Shown here: positions 45,461 to 54,830 of the stretch, one piece after another
Layout of the letters: every line of letters begins with the position of its first letter
How positions within the stretch are numbered: the stretch's first letter is position 1
Origin: Candidatus Omnitrophota bacterium
GTDB taxonomy: Bacteria; Omnitrophota; Omnitrophia; Omnitrophales; Aquincolibacteriaceae
Direction: 5' to 3'
NCBI GenBank assembly: GCA_041674705.1
Contig: JBAYVF010000005.1
Location: 36,645-100,644, forward strand
Length of the DNA: 64,000 nt
Made by a program: the position numbers and the translations under genes
The notes under the pieces: generated by a model
Told to the model about the DNA's origin: nothing
The model's input: the letters and a program-made list of their open reading frames with translations, nothing else
Database searches by the model: none

Positions 45461-48400
45461 ATGAGCCACAGCGACTTCGTCCATCTTCATTGTCATACCG
45501 AATACAGTCTTCTTGACGCGACCTGCAAGATCGATGAGCTCATGACGCGCGCCAAGGAGCTTCGTTTTCCGGCGCTTGCCATGACCGACAACGGCAATCT
45601 CTTCGGTGCTATCCAGTTCTACTCCAAGGCCATGAAAGAAGGGATCAAACCCATTATCGGTTTGAGCACGTACGTGGCCCCCGGATCCCGGCTTGAGAAA
45701 CAAGCGCATGGCATCAAGGAAGCTTCCTTCCATCTCACCCTTTTGGCTACGAACGAGAAGGGGTACCGGAATCTTATGAAGCTCGCAAGCATTGGATACA
45801 CCGAAGGTTTTTATTACCGGCCGCGCGTGGATAAGGAAATCCTTAAGGAATATTCGGAAGGTCTGATCGCGCTCTCGGGCGGGCTCAAGGGCGAGGTTCC
45901 GTATTATCTTTATCATGATCAGATGCATGATGCGCGAAAGGTCACGGAGGAATACGCGGGGATCTTTGGCCAGGACCGGTTCTTTCTTGAGATCATGGAT
46001 CATGGGCTGGAACCGCAGAAAAAGGTCACCCTGGGCTCCCAGAAGCTTGCCAAGGATCTCAAGGTCGGCATTGTGGCGACCAATGACGTGCATTACATTC
46101 ATCAGAACCAGGCGATGGCGCATGACGCGTTGATCTGCATCGGGACCGGCGCGAAGCTCGATGAGCCGAATCGCATGCGCTATCAGGGCGATCAATATTA
46201 TCTTCGGTCCGCGGAAGAGATGAAAAGCCTCTTCAAGGATATTCCACAGGCGATCCGGTCCACGATCGAGATCGCCGAGCGATGCAATCTGGAACTCGAT
46301 TTTCACAAGATCTTTTTGCCCCAATTCGCGCCGCCCGACGGAAAGACGCAAGTTCAGTACATGGAAGAGCTTTGCTTCAGGTTCCTGCGTGAGCGTTTTG
46401 CCGGAGAGATCCCTCCCGAATATGAAACCCGTCTTCGTACCGAGATCACGCTGATCAATAAAATGGGTTATATCAGTTATTTCCTGATCGTTTGGGATTT
46501 CATCCGGTTTGCCCGGGAAAAGGGGATCCCTGTGGGGCCGGGGCGTGGATCGGCGGCGGGGAGCCTTGTCGCTTACGCGCTTTACATTACGGACATCGAT
46601 CCCATCAAGTACCATCTTTATTTCGAGCGATTCCTCAACCCCGAACGCGTGAGCATGCCGGATATTGATATCGACTTCTGTTATGAGCGCCGCGACGAGG
46701 TGATCGATTATGTGAAACGCAAGTATGGCACGGCGAACGTGGCACAGATCATCACGTTCGGGACCATGGCGGCCAAGGCCGCGGTGCGTGACGTGGGACG
46801 GGTGATGGGGATTCCCTACGGTGAGGTGGATCGCATCGCGAAGCTGATCCCTCTGGAGCTCAAGATCACGCTCAAGCAAGCCCTGGAGCGTGAGCCTCAG
46901 CTTAAGGAAATGGTGGCCACCGACGTGCGGATGGCGCAACTGATTGAGACTGCCCAGGCCCTTGAGGGGCTCTCGCGCCACGCATCGATCCACGCGGCCG
47001 GTGTGGTGATTTCGGATGTACCGCTCACGGATCATGTGCCGCTTTACAAGACCGAGGACCAGATCTGCACACAATACACCATGAAAGATCTCGAGAAGAT
47101 CGGGCTCCTTAAAATGGATTTTCTGGGTCTCAAGACGCTTACCGTGATCGATGAAGCGGTCAAGATCGTTCAGAAGATGCACGGCGTGAAAGTCGATATC
47201 GCGAGGCTTCCGGAAGACGATCCCCAGACTTATGAGATGCTCGCCAAGGGCGATGCCTTGGGCGTGTTCCAGCTTGAAAGTTCGGGGATGCGCGATCTTC
47301 TCAAGAAAATGAAGCCGAATAAATTCGAGCATCTTGTGGCGCTCCTCGCCCTTTATCGCCCGGGACCTCTCGGCAGCGGCATGGTGGATGATTTCATCAA
47401 GCGTATGAGGGACCCCAAGCTCATCAAGTACGATCATCCGGCGCTAGAACCCAGTCTGAAAGAAACTTACGGCGTTATTCTTTACCAGGAACAAGTCATG
47501 CGTATTGTGAGCGATCTCGCAGGCTTCACGCTCGCTCAGGCCGATTCACTCCGTCGCGCCATCGGGAAAAAGATCCCCGAGGTCATGGCGAAAGAGAAAA
47601 AGGCGTTCATGGATGGCGCGATGAAACGTGGCGCCAAGGAGAAAGTCGCAGAGAAGATCTGGGAGCTCATTGATTTCTTCTCGGGTTATGGCTTTAACAA
47701 ATCCCATTCCACGGCGTACGCAGCGGTGTCTTATCAGACCGCCTATCTCAAGGCGCATTATCCGGTAGAATTCATGACGGCTCTTCTGACCTCGGAAATG
47801 AACAACACCGATAAAGTGGTGCAATATATCGAGGCCTCCAAAAAGATGGGGATCGATGTCCTGCCGCCCGCGGTCAATGAAAGTTTTTCGGATTTCACTT
47901 GTGTGGGAAATCACATCCGGTTCGGGCTCGCGGCCATCAAAAACGTCGGTTCGACCGCCATTGAGTCGATTATCGCGACCCGGCTAAAGGATGGCCCGTT
48001 TAAATCGCTTTTTGATTTTGTTCAGCGTGTGGAGCTTCGGACCTGCAATCACAAGGTGATGGAAAGCCTTATTAAATGCGGCGCTTTTGATGAATGGAAG
48101 CTTCACCGTTCTCAGCTCATGGCGATGCTCGATGGCGTGTTGGATATGGGAGCGAATGTTCAGAAGGACCGAAGCCGCGGGCAGCTTTCTTTTTTTGAGA
48201 ATAGCGGAGGGGAAAGTTTTCATGACCAGCAAGCTTCTGTGCCGGATATTCCGGAATGGCCGGAGAACCAAAGATTGGCTTATGAGCGCGAGCTGATCGG
48301 TTTTTATGTTTCCTCGCATCCGCTTTCCAAATACGCCAAGATCCTGAAAAGTTATGCGACGGCGACCACGGCCAACCTTTCGGAATTCAATCACCAGGCC

Positions 48401-48898
48401 GAGGTGACGATTGGCGGGATCATTGACACGATGAAAGAGATCCTGACGAAAAAAGGGGACAAGATGGCGTTCCTGAGCCTCCAGGATCTGAACGGCTCCT
48501 GTGAGACTGTGGTGTTTCCGAGCGTGTACAAAGCGGCGGGGACTCTGATCCAGAAGGATGCGCTGGTCTTCATCAAAGGCAAGGTCGATGCGCGCGATGA
48601 TGTGGCGAAACTCTTGGCTGATGAGATCATTCCTTTGGAAGAAGTGCCAAAACGGTACACCCGTATGATCGCGGTTAACCTCAAAACCGCAGGGCTGGGC
48701 GCCGAGGTTTTGAAGGAAGTGCGCAGGATCCTTATGGCGCACAAGGGAAGCACACCTGTTTATCTTACTCTTCAGGATCCCAAAGGGCGCATGACCGTTC
48801 TGGATTCCGGCGACAACCTTAAAGTAGAAACCTCCGATGTTCTCTTCGAGGAACTCGAGCGTCTCCTCGGCGAAAATTCTGTCAAAATACGTTCGTAG
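45461..48898 (+). CDS. dnaE: DNA polymerase III alpha subunit
   Basis: PHP domain FVHLHCHTEYS, pol III alpha core and a C-terminal OB fold. 1,145 aa. Confidence 0.95.
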   Translation: MSHSDFVHLHCHTEYSLLDATCKIDELMTRAKELRFPALAMTDNGNLFGAIQFYSKAMKEGIKPIIGLSTYVAPGSRLEKQAHGIKEASFHLTLLATNEKGYRNLMKLASIGYTEGFYYRPRVDKEILKEYSEGLIALSGGLKGEVPYYLYHDQMHDARKVTEEYAGIFGQDRFFLEIMDHGLEPQKKVTLGSQKLAKDLKVGIVATNDVHYIHQNQAMAHDALICIGTGAKLDEPNRMRYQGDQYYLRSAEEMKSLFKDIPQAIRSTIEIAERCNLELDFHKIFLPQFAPPDGKTQVQYMEELCFRFLRERFAGEIPPEYETRLRTEITLINKMGYISYFLIVWDFIRFAREKGIPVGPGRGSAAGSLVAYALYITDIDPIKYHLYFERFLNPERVSMPDIDIDFCYERRDEVIDYVKRKYGTANVAQIITFGTMAAKAAVRDVGRVMGIPYGEVDRIAKLIPLELKITLKQALEREPQLKEMVATDVRMAQLIETAQALEGLSRHASIHAAGVVISDVPLTDHVPLYKTEDQICTQYTMKDLEKIGLLKMDFLGLKTLTVIDEAVKIVQKMHGVKVDIARLPEDDPQTYEMLAKGDALGVFQLESSGMRDLLKKMKPNKFEHLVALLALYRPGPLGSGMVDDFIKRMRDPKLIKYDHPALEPSLKETYGVILYQEQVMRIVSDLAGFTLAQADSLRRAIGKKIPEVMAKEKKAFMDGAMKRGAKEKVAEKIWELIDFFSGYGFNKSHSTAYAAVSYQTAYLKAHYPVEFMTALLTSEMNNTDKVVQYIEASKKMGIDVLPPAVNESFSDFTCVGNHIRFGLAAIKNVGSTAIESIIATRLKDGPFKSLFDFVQRVELRTCNHKVMESLIKCGAFDEWKLHRSQLMAMLDGVLDMGANVQKDRSRGQLSFFENSGGESFHDQQASVPDIPEWPENQRLAYERELIGFYVSSHPLSKYAKILKSYATATTANLSEFNHQAEVTIGGIIDTMKEILTKKGDKMAFLSLQDLNGSCETVVFPSVYKAAGTLIQKDALVFIKGKVDARDDVAKLLADEIIPLEEVPKRYTRMIAVNLKTAGLGAEVLKEVRRILMAHKGSTPVYLTLQDPKGRMTVLDSGDNLKVETSDVLFEELERLLGENSVKIRS

Positions 48899-48951
48899 AG
48901 ATAATTCTTTCGTTAAACCTTGATATGGCTTGAGGTTACATCTTAAATCGC

Positions 48952-48980
48952 TTGACAAGGCCTCCGAGATTTGCTATTTT
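48952..48980 (+). promoter_or_regulatory. Candidate promoter upstream of hup (TTGACA-N17-TATTTT)
   Basis: TTGACA 48952-48957, TATTTT 48975-48980. Confidence 0.45.
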
Positions 48981-49049
48981 TTTGCATCTTCAAACAGGAC
49001 AAGCAGTTGGGTAAAAACTCCCTTGCTTCTTCGTTACAGGAGGTGACAC

Positions 49050-49322
49050 TTGACTAAAAAAGATATTGTGATGAAAGTTTCGAATGAAACGAATCTCACC
49101 CAGATCGATGTCAAGAAGATCGTCCAGAAAACCCTCGATGTCATTTCCGATAGCCTCCAGCGCGGCGAAACTGTGGAGCTCAGGAATTTCGGTGTGTTCA
49201 AAGTGAAAAACCGGCGCGGTCGTTTGGGACGCAATCCCCGGACTGGCGAAGAAGTGACGGTCCCCGAAAAAAAAGTCGTGGTGTTCAAACCCGGACTTAT
49301 CTTAAAGATCAAGGTGAAGTAG
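49050..49322 (+). CDS. hup: HU/IHF-family DNA-binding protein
   Basis: ..LRNFGVFKVKNRRGRLGRNPRTGEEV.. arm motif. 90 aa, TTG start. Confidence 0.88.
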   Translation: MTKKDIVMKVSNETNLTQIDVKKIVQKTLDVISDSLQRGETVELRNFGVFKVKNRRGRLGRNPRTGEEVTVPEKKVVVFKPGLILKIKVK

Positions 49323-49391
49323 AGAAGTGCTGGACGCGCCCGGATATTCTGCGGCGCGAAAGTGATTTTCAAAGATTTTAAGGAGGCGGGT

Positions 49392-49682
49392 ATGGCAGAA
49401 AAAGGCAAAGTGAAATGGTTCTCCAACGTCAAGGGTTTTGGATTCCTTCGTAAAGAAGGGGAAGAGAAGGATATCTTCGTCCATTATTCCGTGATCCAGG
49501 GGGATGGCTATAAGCGCCTCAATCCCGACGAAGAAGTCGAGTTCGAGATCATTCAGGGAGACAAGGGACCTCTTGCCCAGAACGTTGTCCGCCATAAAAA
49601 GCCGAAAGAAGAAGGTTCTGCGGAAGCCGCTTCGGAGACCAAGAAGGAAGGCAAGAAGAAGGAAGCCCCGGCCAAGAAATAA
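49392..49682 (+). CDS. Cold-shock domain protein with Lys/Glu-rich C-terminal tail
   Basis: KGKVKWFSNVKGFGFL (RNP1) and IFVHYS (RNP2). AAGGAGG RBS. The ORF-track start 49362 is rejected. Confidence 0.9.
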   Translation: MAEKGKVKWFSNVKGFGFLRKEGEEKDIFVHYSVIQGDGYKRLNPDEEVEFEIIQGDKGPLAQNVVRHKKPKEEGSAEAASETKKEGKKKEAPAKK

Positions 49683-49716
49683 GCCCGCTTTTCAGCGTCA
49701 TTTTAAATGTGAATTA

Positions 49717-49747
49717 ACCCGCGGGAGCTTTCCCGCGGGTTTTTTTC
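49717..49747 (+). terminator. Rho-independent terminator after the csp gene
   Basis: acccgcggga-gctt-tcccgcgggt followed by ttttttt. Confidence 0.85.
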
Positions 49748-49774
49748 TATCCCAGAACGAATACAGGAGGCGCG

Positions 49775-50578
49775 ATGTCCGAAAGACAGAAATCGAAAAA
49801 GTTGCGCCGGTTCTTTACTTCCCAGACCCTCCAGAATGCTCCCCATGATCTCTGGCTCGAGCCTGCCGAGACCCACCATCTTCGGGACAGTATTCGCCTT
49901 AAGCAAGGGGATGCTTGCCTTGTGACGGACGGCCGGGGCGGTGAAGCTGAAGCGGTGGTGGGTGAATTCGCTTCGGACGGCCGGGTGTGTCTTCACATTC
50001 AGGAAGTTTTTGTCAAACCTGGCTCGTTTAACGAGGGGCTTTCTCTCCGGGTCTTTCCGGTGATGTTGCGAAAAGGAAAGACGGACCTTCTTGTCGAAAA
50101 AGCGCAGGAACTCGGAGTCCACGAGTTTTGTCCGATTGTTTCAGAACGCGGTGAAGTCCAGATCGCGAAAGAAAAAACCGGTAAAATCCTTGAGCGATGG
50201 AACCGCATTGCGCGTGAAGCCAGTAAACAGTCTGGGAATCTTAAGATCCTCAGGATCGAAGCCCCTCGAAATTTCAAGGAAGCTCTCGGAAGTATTTCTC
50301 CTGATGAGCCCGTCATCATCTTTCATCCGGGTCCGGAGGTCATCTCTTTCTCGAACTGGCTTGTTGAGGCGCAGAGATTTAAAGGAGCGATCGAAGCGCT
50401 GAATGTCTTTATCGGTCCGGAAGGCGGCTTTTCCCAAGATGAAATTCTTTGGGCGAAATGGCATCGCAAAGAGAAAAACATTTACCTCGTTGGGCTGGGG
50501 GAAGTGATTCTAAAGGCGGATACCGCCTTCATCGGCGTTGTGGCATCCCTCAGGTTTTCCGGCATTCTTTCCGCGTGA
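49775..50578 (+). CDS. rsmE: 16S rRNA (uracil1498-N3)-methyltransferase
   Basis: RRFF.. N-terminus, HHLRDSIRLKQGD and C-terminal GPEGGFS motifs of RsmE. Confidence 0.85.
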   Translation: MSERQKSKKLRRFFTSQTLQNAPHDLWLEPAETHHLRDSIRLKQGDACLVTDGRGGEAEAVVGEFASDGRVCLHIQEVFVKPGSFNEGLSLRVFPVMLRKGKTDLLVEKAQELGVHEFCPIVSERGEVQIAKEKTGKILERWNRIAREASKQSGNLKILRIEAPRNFKEALGSISPDEPVIIFHPGPEVISFSNWLVEAQRFKGAIEALNVFIGPEGGFSQDEILWAKWHRKEKNIYLVGLGEVILKADTAFIGVVASLRFSGILSA

Positions 50579-50580
50579 TC

Positions 50581-51924
50581 ATGGCTTCTCATTCTTCTTC
50601 CAAGAAAAACGTTCGTTTTTACACGCTCGGGTGCAAGGTGAATCAGTACGAGACCCAGGCGATGCGTGAAGCCTTGGAACGAAACGGTTATCAGGATATC
50701 GAAGGGCAAAAAGGAGCTTCTTGCGATCTTGTGGTCGTGAATACTTGCACCGTGACCCAGGACTCGGACCGGACGAACCGGTACTGGATACGGCGTCTCC
50801 GGCGAGAACACCCCCAGGCGCGACTTGCGGTGATCGGTTGTTATGTTGAGAAAAATCGTGCCGAGCTTGAGGGAATGCCCGAAGTAGATCTTATTTTTTC
50901 GAATGACGAGAAGCCATTCCTTGCGGAAAAGCTCCTGGCTCCGGCCGGTATCTGCGGAGCCGCGCGGACGGACAAAGTCCCAACGTTTATGCCGCTTTCG
51001 ATCTCGCGGTCCGAAGGGAAGACCCGTGCTTATGTGAAGATCCAGGACGGATGCAATCATGCCTGCAGTTTCTGCAAAGTGTCGATCGTGCGCGGGCCGT
51101 CGCGCAGTCGCGCATTGGCGGAGATCCTGAAAGAAGTGACCCGGCTCCGGGAGGGTGGTTACCGGGAGATCATCCTGACCGGTATTCAACTCGGGGCTTA
51201 TGGACTTGATCTTGAGCCTCGTTCCGATTCCAAAGAACGCCAATATCTTTTGAGAGATGTAATCGAGGCCAGTGCCCGGGTCGAGGGAATCGAGCGTATT
51301 CGTCTCAGTTCAATCGAGCTTACGGATCTTGGCAAACTCATTCGCGAAGCCTTTGGAGCCATTCCGAAACTTTGTCCGCACATTCATCTTCCCATGCAGA
51401 GCGGGGATAATGAAGTCCTTGCGAGGATGAACCGGCGTTACACGCGAGAGAAATATCGAGATGTTGTTTTGGAATTGAAGGAACGGATCCCGGATTTTGA
51501 ATTTAGTGTGGACGTGATGGCGGGATTCCCCGGTGAAACCGAGGCTCAATTCGAAAACACTTTGGAGCTTCTTGAGATCCTTAAACCGCTCAAGACGCAT
51601 GTTTTTCCGTATAGCTTTCGAGAAGGAACGCGTGCGGCAGAATGGGGAACCCTGCCCGCACAACTAGTTCGTGACCGGGTTCGCCGGCTGATGCAATCGG
51701 CCGAACGGATTTCCGGGGAAGTTCGGAGCCGGTATCTGGGGCGATCGATGGAGATTCTGGCCGAACACAAACATGCGATTACCGGAGTGTCCGAAGGATT
51801 CACGCCGAATTATCTCAAGATCTTTTTTGAGTACCCACAGGACGTGCAAGGGTGTATCATACCGTTCAAATTGACCGAACTTTTTCAGGATGGTTTCCGG
51901 GGAATCCCGGGCTTGCCCCGTTAG
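50581..51924 (+). CDS. mtaB: MiaB/MtaB-family radical SAM methylthiotransferase
   Basis: UPF0004 N-domain (FYTLGCKVNQYE), radical SAM CNHACSFC, C-terminal TRAM-like region. ATG 50581 preferred over the ORF-track start 50449. Confidence 0.85.
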   Translation: MASHSSSKKNVRFYTLGCKVNQYETQAMREALERNGYQDIEGQKGASCDLVVVNTCTVTQDSDRTNRYWIRRLRREHPQARLAVIGCYVEKNRAELEGMPEVDLIFSNDEKPFLAEKLLAPAGICGAARTDKVPTFMPLSISRSEGKTRAYVKIQDGCNHACSFCKVSIVRGPSRSRALAEILKEVTRLREGGYREIILTGIQLGAYGLDLEPRSDSKERQYLLRDVIEASARVEGIERIRLSSIELTDLGKLIREAFGAIPKLCPHIHLPMQSGDNEVLARMNRRYTREKYRDVVLELKERIPDFEFSVDVMAGFPGETEAQFENTLELLEILKPLKTHVFPYSFREGTRAAEWGTLPAQLVRDRVRRLMQSAERISGEVRSRYLGRSMEILAEHKHAITGVSEGFTPNYLKIFFEYPQDVQGCIIPFKLTELFQDGFRGIPGLPR

Positions 51925-52040
51925 AGATTACGGGGAGAGTTGTTGGATCATCGATTAGGAAAGGTAGGGAGACGCTTGAGTTTATCTTCTAAACAATACA
52001 CGGAAGCGCTTTCAAGGAGCGCTTCCTATCTCTAACGGGG
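51916..52040. repeat. 13-bp perfect inverted repeat pair CCCCGTTAGAGAT / ATCTCTAACGGGG enclosing 99 nt
   Basis: Arms 51916-51928 and 52028-52040. The left arm contains the mtaB stop TAG (51922-51924). Confidence 0.8.
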
Positions 52041-52048
52041 TGAACTAG

Positions 52049-52648
52049 ATGGAATGGTTCTGGAAGATGTACGATCATCTCCAAAAAAGCGTTGCGGGCT
52101 CGGCCCTTCAAAACTTTGCACCGACCGACTGGATTTTTTTATGCCTGATCTTTTGGGGCCTGGTGCAGGGAAGCCGTAAGGGTTTTAGCGACATGTTCGG
52201 GAAGTTGTTGGGGATATTCCTTGTGAGCATGCTGACCCTGAGTTTTTACTTAAAGGCGGGCGCCTTTCTCAACGCAAATCTTCCCGTTTTTCCCTTGAAA
52301 GTCGCTGAATCGATTTCTTTTTTTCTGCTGACCCTCTTTCTCTGGCTTTCCGTCTCATGGAGTCTCAATATCGTCGGCAAATTTCTCAGGGTGGAGGCGC
52401 AAGGGATCCTGAAGACCTTGGGCGGAATGATCTTCGGTGTTTTGCGCATGATGCTTTTACTCAGCTTTCTCGCGCAGATGCTTTTGTTCCTTCCGATCGA
52501 ACCCCTGCAGCAGATCTTCAAACAGGGACGTACCTTCACAGGTTATGCGATCGCGCAATTCGTGCCTCATCTTCACACGCTGGTTGTAAGCCCCTTCCGT
52601 AAGCCGGCCCTTAAAAAAGCCGTAGCCTCATACAAGGTCGGCGGGTAG
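52049..52648 (+). CDS. cvpA: CvpA-family membrane protein
   Basis: ..DWIFLCLIFWGLVQGSRKGFSDMFGKLLG.. matches the CvpA N-terminal pattern. 4 TM. Confidence 0.7.
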   Translation: MEWFWKMYDHLQKSVAGSALQNFAPTDWIFLCLIFWGLVQGSRKGFSDMFGKLLGIFLVSMLTLSFYLKAGAFLNANLPVFPLKVAESISFFLLTLFLWLSVSWSLNIVGKFLRVEAQGILKTLGGMIFGVLRMMLLLSFLAQMLLFLPIEPLQQIFKQGRTFTGYAIAQFVPHLHTLVVSPFRKPALKKAVASYKVGG

Positions 52649-52687
52649 CATCGTGTCGATTTTATTTTTGCGGGTGCACAGTACAGC

Positions 52688-52765
52688 CATGATTCTCAAA
52701 TTAAAAATAAACGGGTAATCATGACAGCCCAAGTCACCATTCAGGAAATAAAAATAGAGACTCGG
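52688..52765 (+). repeat. Conserved ~80-nt intergenic element with short ORF start, copy 2
   Basis: See copy 1. ATG 52721 opens a 28-codon ORF ending at TAG 52805-52807, 14 nt before the dnaG ATG. Confidence 0.8.
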
Positions 52766-52821
52766 GCAGTACTGCGAACCATAAAATCAATATTAACGCA
52801 GTACTAGGAAACAGACGCGTT

Positions 52822-54624
52822 ATGGAACAAAAAAACTCCGGGACGCGTTACGAAGAACATGTCGTTGAGCAAGTCAGCGCCGCCAACGATATCGTCGAGA
52901 TCATCTCCCAATATGTGCCTCTGAAGCGCGCCGGCCGTCATCTCAAGGCCTGCTGTCCCTTTCATCAGGAAAAATCCCCTTCGTTCATGGTTCAACCCGA
53001 AAAACAGATGTTCCATTGTTTTGGATGCGGGGCCGGGGGCGATGTGTTCAGTTTTCTTATGCGTCATGAAAATATGACATTTCCAGAGGCGTTAAAGTCG
53101 CTGGCGGAGCGCGCGCATATCACGCTTCCAGAGCGGCGTTCCCATCAGGACGACGGCGGACAGAAAGAAAAACTCTACGAGGTTTGCCAGGTCGCCGCCG
53201 ACATTTATCATGAGCTTCTTTTCAAAGAGACCGGGGCTGAGGCTCGCGCGTATCTGGCCAAGCGGCAGATCACGGAAGAAATTATCCGGGAGTTCAAGCT
53301 CGGCTGGGCGCCGATGGAATGGCGTACTCTTTTTGATCGCATGGTCGCTAAAAAATATCCGGAAGCGCTCCTCAAACAGGCGGCTTTGATCCAGCAGTCC
53401 CCGAAAGGGAATTATTACGACACCTTTCGCGGCCGTCTCATATTCCCGATTTTGAATCTCCAGAACAAGGTGATCGCGTTCGGCGGCCGGCTGATCGCTG
53501 ATCAGGAAGGTCCGAAATATCTCAATTCGCCGGAGACGCCGGTCTTTTTCAAGAGGCGCGAACTTTTTGGTTTGAATCTCGCCAAAAAGCATATCGATCG
53601 CGAATGGCCGACGCTGATCCTGGTGGAAGGCTACATGGATTTTCTCGCTCTTTATCAACACGGCTTCAAAAATGCTGTCGCAACGCTTGGTACCGCGCTC
53701 GGAGAAGATCATGTGCGTCTTATGCGGCGTTTTGTGGAGGAAGTGATCGTGGTCTATGACGGCGACAAAGCAGGAGAAGCCGCGGCCCTCCGCGGACTCG
53801 AGATCCTTCTGGAAGGCGGGATGCAGGTGAAGCTCGTGAGCTTGCCGAAGGGGGAGGACCCGGATGATTTTCTGAATAAGCGCGGGAACGATGCTTTTGC
53901 GGCGCTCTTGAAGAACGCCAAGGATTTTTTTGACTATAAGTTGCAAGCGCTTCTTGCGCGCTATCCGCGTCAAGACGCGCTGGGTGTTTCCAAGATCTGT
54001 CGCGAGATGTTCGAAACCTTTCTTAAGGTGAAAAATACGGTCATGCTTTCGGAATATTTCAAGAGACTCGCCCGCGCGTTACAAGTGGATGAAAACTCTT
54101 TGCGTACGGAGTTCTCTCACCTGAATAAAAAAGATACCGTCTCCCGAGAGAGGTCTCAAGCGGCTCCAGCTATGCCCGCACCGATCAAGCCTGCCCCCGA
54201 AGAATTGTTGCTTTTGGTGCTGATGGCGGAGGTGCCGCCTTTTTGTGATCGGGCCTGCGAAGAACTCAAGGATCTGGATCTCAAAACGCCGGCCTCGCGT
54301 GAGCTTTTTGAATATCTCCGGCAGATGAATGAGCAGGGGAAAAAATGCACGCTTTCGGGGCTTTTGATCCGGATCCAGGATGCTCTCTATCGCGAACAGC
54401 TTGTGGCGGTCATGGCCTCCTTGGATGAGACGGCGGAGCGGGAAAAGATCCTTGAGGACTGCATTGCCAAGATCAAACAAGGTCGTGCCACCGGGAGACT
54501 CGAGGAGTTGCGTCGTCTGATCCTCGCGGCCGAGAACGGACGAGATGAAACCAAAGTTCGAGCGGCTACCCAGGAATACCAGGAGCTTTTGAAGCGGTCC
54601 CGGGAAGCTAAAAAGGGCGAATAA
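52822..54624 (+). CDS. dnaG: DNA primase
   Basis: Zinc finger CPFHQEKSPSF..CFGCG, TOPRIM EGYMD..DGDKAG. Confidence 0.95.
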   Translation: MEQKNSGTRYEEHVVEQVSAANDIVEIISQYVPLKRAGRHLKACCPFHQEKSPSFMVQPEKQMFHCFGCGAGGDVFSFLMRHENMTFPEALKSLAERAHITLPERRSHQDDGGQKEKLYEVCQVAADIYHELLFKETGAEARAYLAKRQITEEIIREFKLGWAPMEWRTLFDRMVAKKYPEALLKQAALIQQSPKGNYYDTFRGRLIFPILNLQNKVIAFGGRLIADQEGPKYLNSPETPVFFKRRELFGLNLAKKHIDREWPTLILVEGYMDFLALYQHGFKNAVATLGTALGEDHVRLMRRFVEEVIVVYDGDKAGEAAALRGLEILLEGGMQVKLVSLPKGEDPDDFLNKRGNDAFAALLKNAKDFFDYKLQALLARYPRQDALGVSKICREMFETFLKVKNTVMLSEYFKRLARALQVDENSLRTEFSHLNKKDTVSRERSQAAPAMPAPIKPAPEELLLLVLMAEVPPFCDRACEELKDLDLKTPASRELFEYLRQMNEQGKKCTLSGLLIRIQDALYREQLVAVMASLDETAEREKILEDCIAKIKQGRATGRLEELRRLILAAENGRDETKVRAATQEYQELLKRSREAKKGE

Positions 54625-54629
54625 ATCGC

Positions 54630-54658
54630 TTGGTTTCAAGAGGCGAGATAACTATAAT
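54630..54658 (+). promoter_or_regulatory. Candidate promoter upstream of rpoD (TTGGTT-N17-TATAAT)
   Basis: TTGGTT 54630-54635, TATAAT 54653-54658. Confidence 0.45.
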
Positions 54659-54830
54659 ACCCAGCTCTATCCTTGTCTAAGATTTGATTTTAAAATGGTT
54701 GACAAGGATTGCCCTAATTTCCGTCCAAGTCTTTTTTCTTTAGATGGCGACTTGGACGGCCCCAATCACAGCGTTGCTGTGATTGATCGGGATTGGGACC
54801 GCTTCGCAAAAATTAAAAGGTTTTAGGACT

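Noticed and set aside
43907-47437. 1,176-aa minus-strand ORF spanning guaA, the spacer and dnaE. Similar long antisense ORFs lie at 19706-20977, 23779-24720, 26578-27492, 28495-29460, 34575-35372, 47984-48958, 53092-53973 and 60874-62214.
   Set aside because: All are exactly codon-aligned with well-supported plus-strand genes. Their sequences are low-complexity and Arg/His/Phe-rich with no recognisable motifs. They are explained by avoidance of TTA/CTA/TCA sense codons, so they are shadow ORFs rather than genes.
54699-54704. TTGACA hexamer as the rpoD promoter -35 element.
   Set aside because: No acceptable -10 hexamer lies 16-18 nt downstream (it reads cgtcca). The upstream TTGGTT-N17-TATAAT is the better candidate.
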